Part shown: piece by piece, positions 8,218 through 9,981 of the stretch
Numbering within the stretch: position 1 is the first letter of the stretch
How the letters are laid out: each line of letters starts with the position of its first letter
Assembly (NCBI RefSeq): GCF_006345805.1
Contig: NW_021827734.1
Location: forward strand, 1 to 9,981
DNA from: Octopus sinensis
Lineage: Eukaryota
DNA length: 9,981 bases
Direction of reading: 5' to 3'
Program-made: the position numbers and the translations under genes
Notes under the pieces: model-generated
The model's database searches: none
Told to the model about the DNA's origin: nothing
What the model saw: the letters and a program-made list of their open reading frames with translations, nothing else

Positions 8218-8325
8218 AGATTGAGATTGATAGGTACGCATTTATACGGCTATCTATTCACCCTTTCTATATATTTATCTATCTATCTCCCAATCTATCA
8301 ATTTGTCAACTTTATATATATGTCT
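8120..8325. repeat. Compound (TG)/(TA)/(TC)/(TATC) microsatellite region
   Basis: Directly visible. Confidence 0.85.
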
Positions 8326-8854
8326 GCACCTATCTAACTCTTAAACTTGCCCACTTTCTTTTATGACAATCCATCTTCCCTCGTATTCAAATGCCGTTCA
8401 TCAATGTACAAGATCTGCGTGATCATTGTTTCTTTTCCTTGTTAATAATTTCATACACAGAGAGAAAGAAATACAAGGGTAAAAAAAACAAAACAACTTA
8501 TACAACAAACTCAACTAAAAGCCATTTTCTCAAAAACCCAAGTCATCCATTTCTTTACAAATTTCATCTCGCAACACACATACTCACATAAAAATACACA
8601 TATACGCACACAAATCCCCACTCCACACGAATACACAAATCCACATACATATTATCCATTATCTCGATGAATACACAACAAAGCAAAATAGTCTCAACTT
8701 CACTTTATTCACTTCTACTACTGAAGTCGCCACCATAAAAAAAATCGTCTTTACCGACTAAAATGGCAGCCAAGTACTACCACCAGCATCACGAAAAACA
8801 TCAATTAGAATGACAATGAATTTACATGAGCGTGGCTGAAAAGCATAGTCAGCG

Positions 8855-8952
8855 TCATCATCAACATTAGCAGCAGCGATAGCAACAACAAAAACAACAA
8901 CAAAAAAAAACAGTAGCAACAACAACAACAACAGCAACAACCAACAAAACAA
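8855..8952. repeat. (CAT)/(CAG)/(CAA) trinucleotide compound repeat
   Basis: Directly visible. Confidence 0.88.
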
Positions 8953-9070
8953 TAAAATGCAATAACAATTATTTCTGCTATTGAAAGTACGAGATCAAGG
9001 AAGTCCAACTCAAACACGATCATCCGCCAAAATCAGAACTACCATTTTTTTTCAACATTTTCAGTACATT

Positions 9071-9096
9071 ACACACGTACACACACTTACACACAC

Positions 9097-9136
<40 letters not shown>

Positions 9137-9173
9137 ACATACACACACACACACACACATACACACACACACA
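9071..9173. repeat. (CA)n microsatellite
   Basis: Directly visible. Confidence 0.97.
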
Positions 9174-9292
9174 ATCAATCAGACACATAAAAGCACCCAC
9201 ACGCAAACTCAACATCCGTACACACAAGCACATACAAGTACAAATACATGTTCATATCTTCGCATATACATGAATATATCTATATGACACAT

Positions 9293-9523
9293 GGCGGCGA
9301 GCTGGCAGAAACGTTAGCACGCCGGGCGAAATCCGTAGCCGTATTTTGTCTGCCGTTACGTTCTGAGTTCAAATTCCGTCGAGGTCGACTTTGCCTTTCA
9401 TCCTTTCGGGGTCGATAAATAAAGTACCAGTTACGCACTGGGGCCGATGTAATCGACTTAGTCCGTTTGTCTGTCCTTGTTTGTCCCGTCTATGTCTAGT
9501 CCCTTGTGGGCAATAAAGAAATA
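9293..9523 (+). mobile_element. Full-length SINE with target-site duplication (central domain resembles the Meta-SINE domain)
   Basis: Starts GGCGGCGAGCTGGCAGAAACGTTAGC; box B-like GAGTTCAAATTCC (9365-9377); central GCCTTTCATCCTTTCGGGGTCGATAAATAAAGTACCAG (9393-9430); ends AATAAAGAAATA. Flanked by TATATGACACAT(GGC) at 9281 and 9524. Confidence 0.92.
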
Positions 9524-9528
9524 TATAT

Positions 9529-9694
9529 GACACATGGCTCAGTGGTTATAGTGTCCGGTCCATAATCATGAGGTAGTGAGTTCGATTCCCGGACCAGGTT
9601 GTGTTGTGTTTTTTTTTATCAAAACACTTTATTTCACGTTGCTCCAGTTCACACATCTGTTGAAATGAGTTGTGACGTCACTGGTGCCAAGCTG
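9529..9694 (+). mobile_element. tRNA-derived SINE, 5' half (CORE-like domain; OR2-like by recollection)
   Basis: Box A TGGCTCAGTGG (9535-9545) and box B AGTTCGATTCC (9579-9589), followed by the CORE-like TTGTGTT...CAAAACACTTTATTTCACGTTGCTCCAGTTCAC...CTGTTGAAATGAG. Confidence 0.87.
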
Positions 9695-9846
9695 ATTTTT
9701 TTATTTTCGCTCATCGTTTACACGAACTTCGTGACCTTCAAGAGCTTACGGATCTGTGGTCCATCAAAAATCCCTGCTTTAAGTTTTTCAATCGTCAAAT
9801 CTGGAAGTACACTGCAGATATACTTGAAGCAGTCCCCATTTTTGTC
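9687..9846 (-). mobile_element. DNA-transposon transposase fragment, Chapaev3-like (CMC superfamily), pseudogenised
   Basis: Minus-strand translation from 9846: DKNGDCFKYICSVLPDLTIEKLKAGIFDGPQIRKLLKVTKFV*TMSENKK, then SAW after a 1-nt shift. The EKLKAGIFDGPQIR...AW block is a conserved transposase motif that I attribute to Chapaev3 from memory. It is absent from the ORF track. Confidence 0.8.
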
Positions 9847-9856
9847 ATGATGTCGT

Positions 9857-9981
9857 TGGTGGTGGTTGTGGCGATGATAGTGCTTGTGGGGGAGGAGGGT
9901 TGATGATGAAGACCGGGTGGGGATGGGGGTGATGATGATGATGGTATGGTGGTGGGTGGGGTGTTTGTGAGGAGGAGGAGG
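9857..9981. repeat. G-rich (GGT)/(GAT)/(GGA) low-complexity region, running off the window end
   Basis: Directly visible. Confidence 0.88.

Noticed and set aside
8758-9023. Minus-strand ORFs resembling a signal peptide or poly-Cys/poly-Leu protein
   Set aside because: The hydrophobic and Cys runs come from the (CAA)n repeat.
9721-9733. CACGAA-C-TTCGTG inverted repeat
   Set aside because: The 6-bp arms lie within the transposase remnant and are expected by chance in 10 kb.
9599-9850. 83-aa plus-strand ORF
   Set aside because: It is a chimera of SINE body and the antisense strand of the transposase fragment.

Overview
Eukaryotic, AT-rich, microsatellite-dense non-coding DNA with no intact protein-coding gene. 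Almost all ORF-track entries are translations of simple repeats. The tRNA-derived SINE families match octopus/coleoid SINEs as I recall them, so the source is probably Octopus intronic or intergenic DNA (inference, not a database result). Recognisable content: (i) three stacked element fragments at 40-345 (Tigger/pogo-like end, Penelope-like end with a minimal hammerhead-like motif, SINE head); (ii) a decayed, 5'-truncated RLE-type (R4/Dong-like) non-LTR retrotransposon on the minus strand at about 1325-2540; (iii) two oppositely oriented copies of one microsatellite-containing SINE (3358-3838 minus, 5746-6220 plus) that bracket a candidate 21-nt minus-strand micro-exon; (iv) a SINE with a target-site duplication inserted at the head of an older SINE (9281-9694), joined to a Chapaev3-like transposase fragment (9687-9846, minus). 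I found no convincing new biological system. The best leads are the hammerhead-like motif and the micro-exon/inverted-SINE arrangement, and both are hypotheses.
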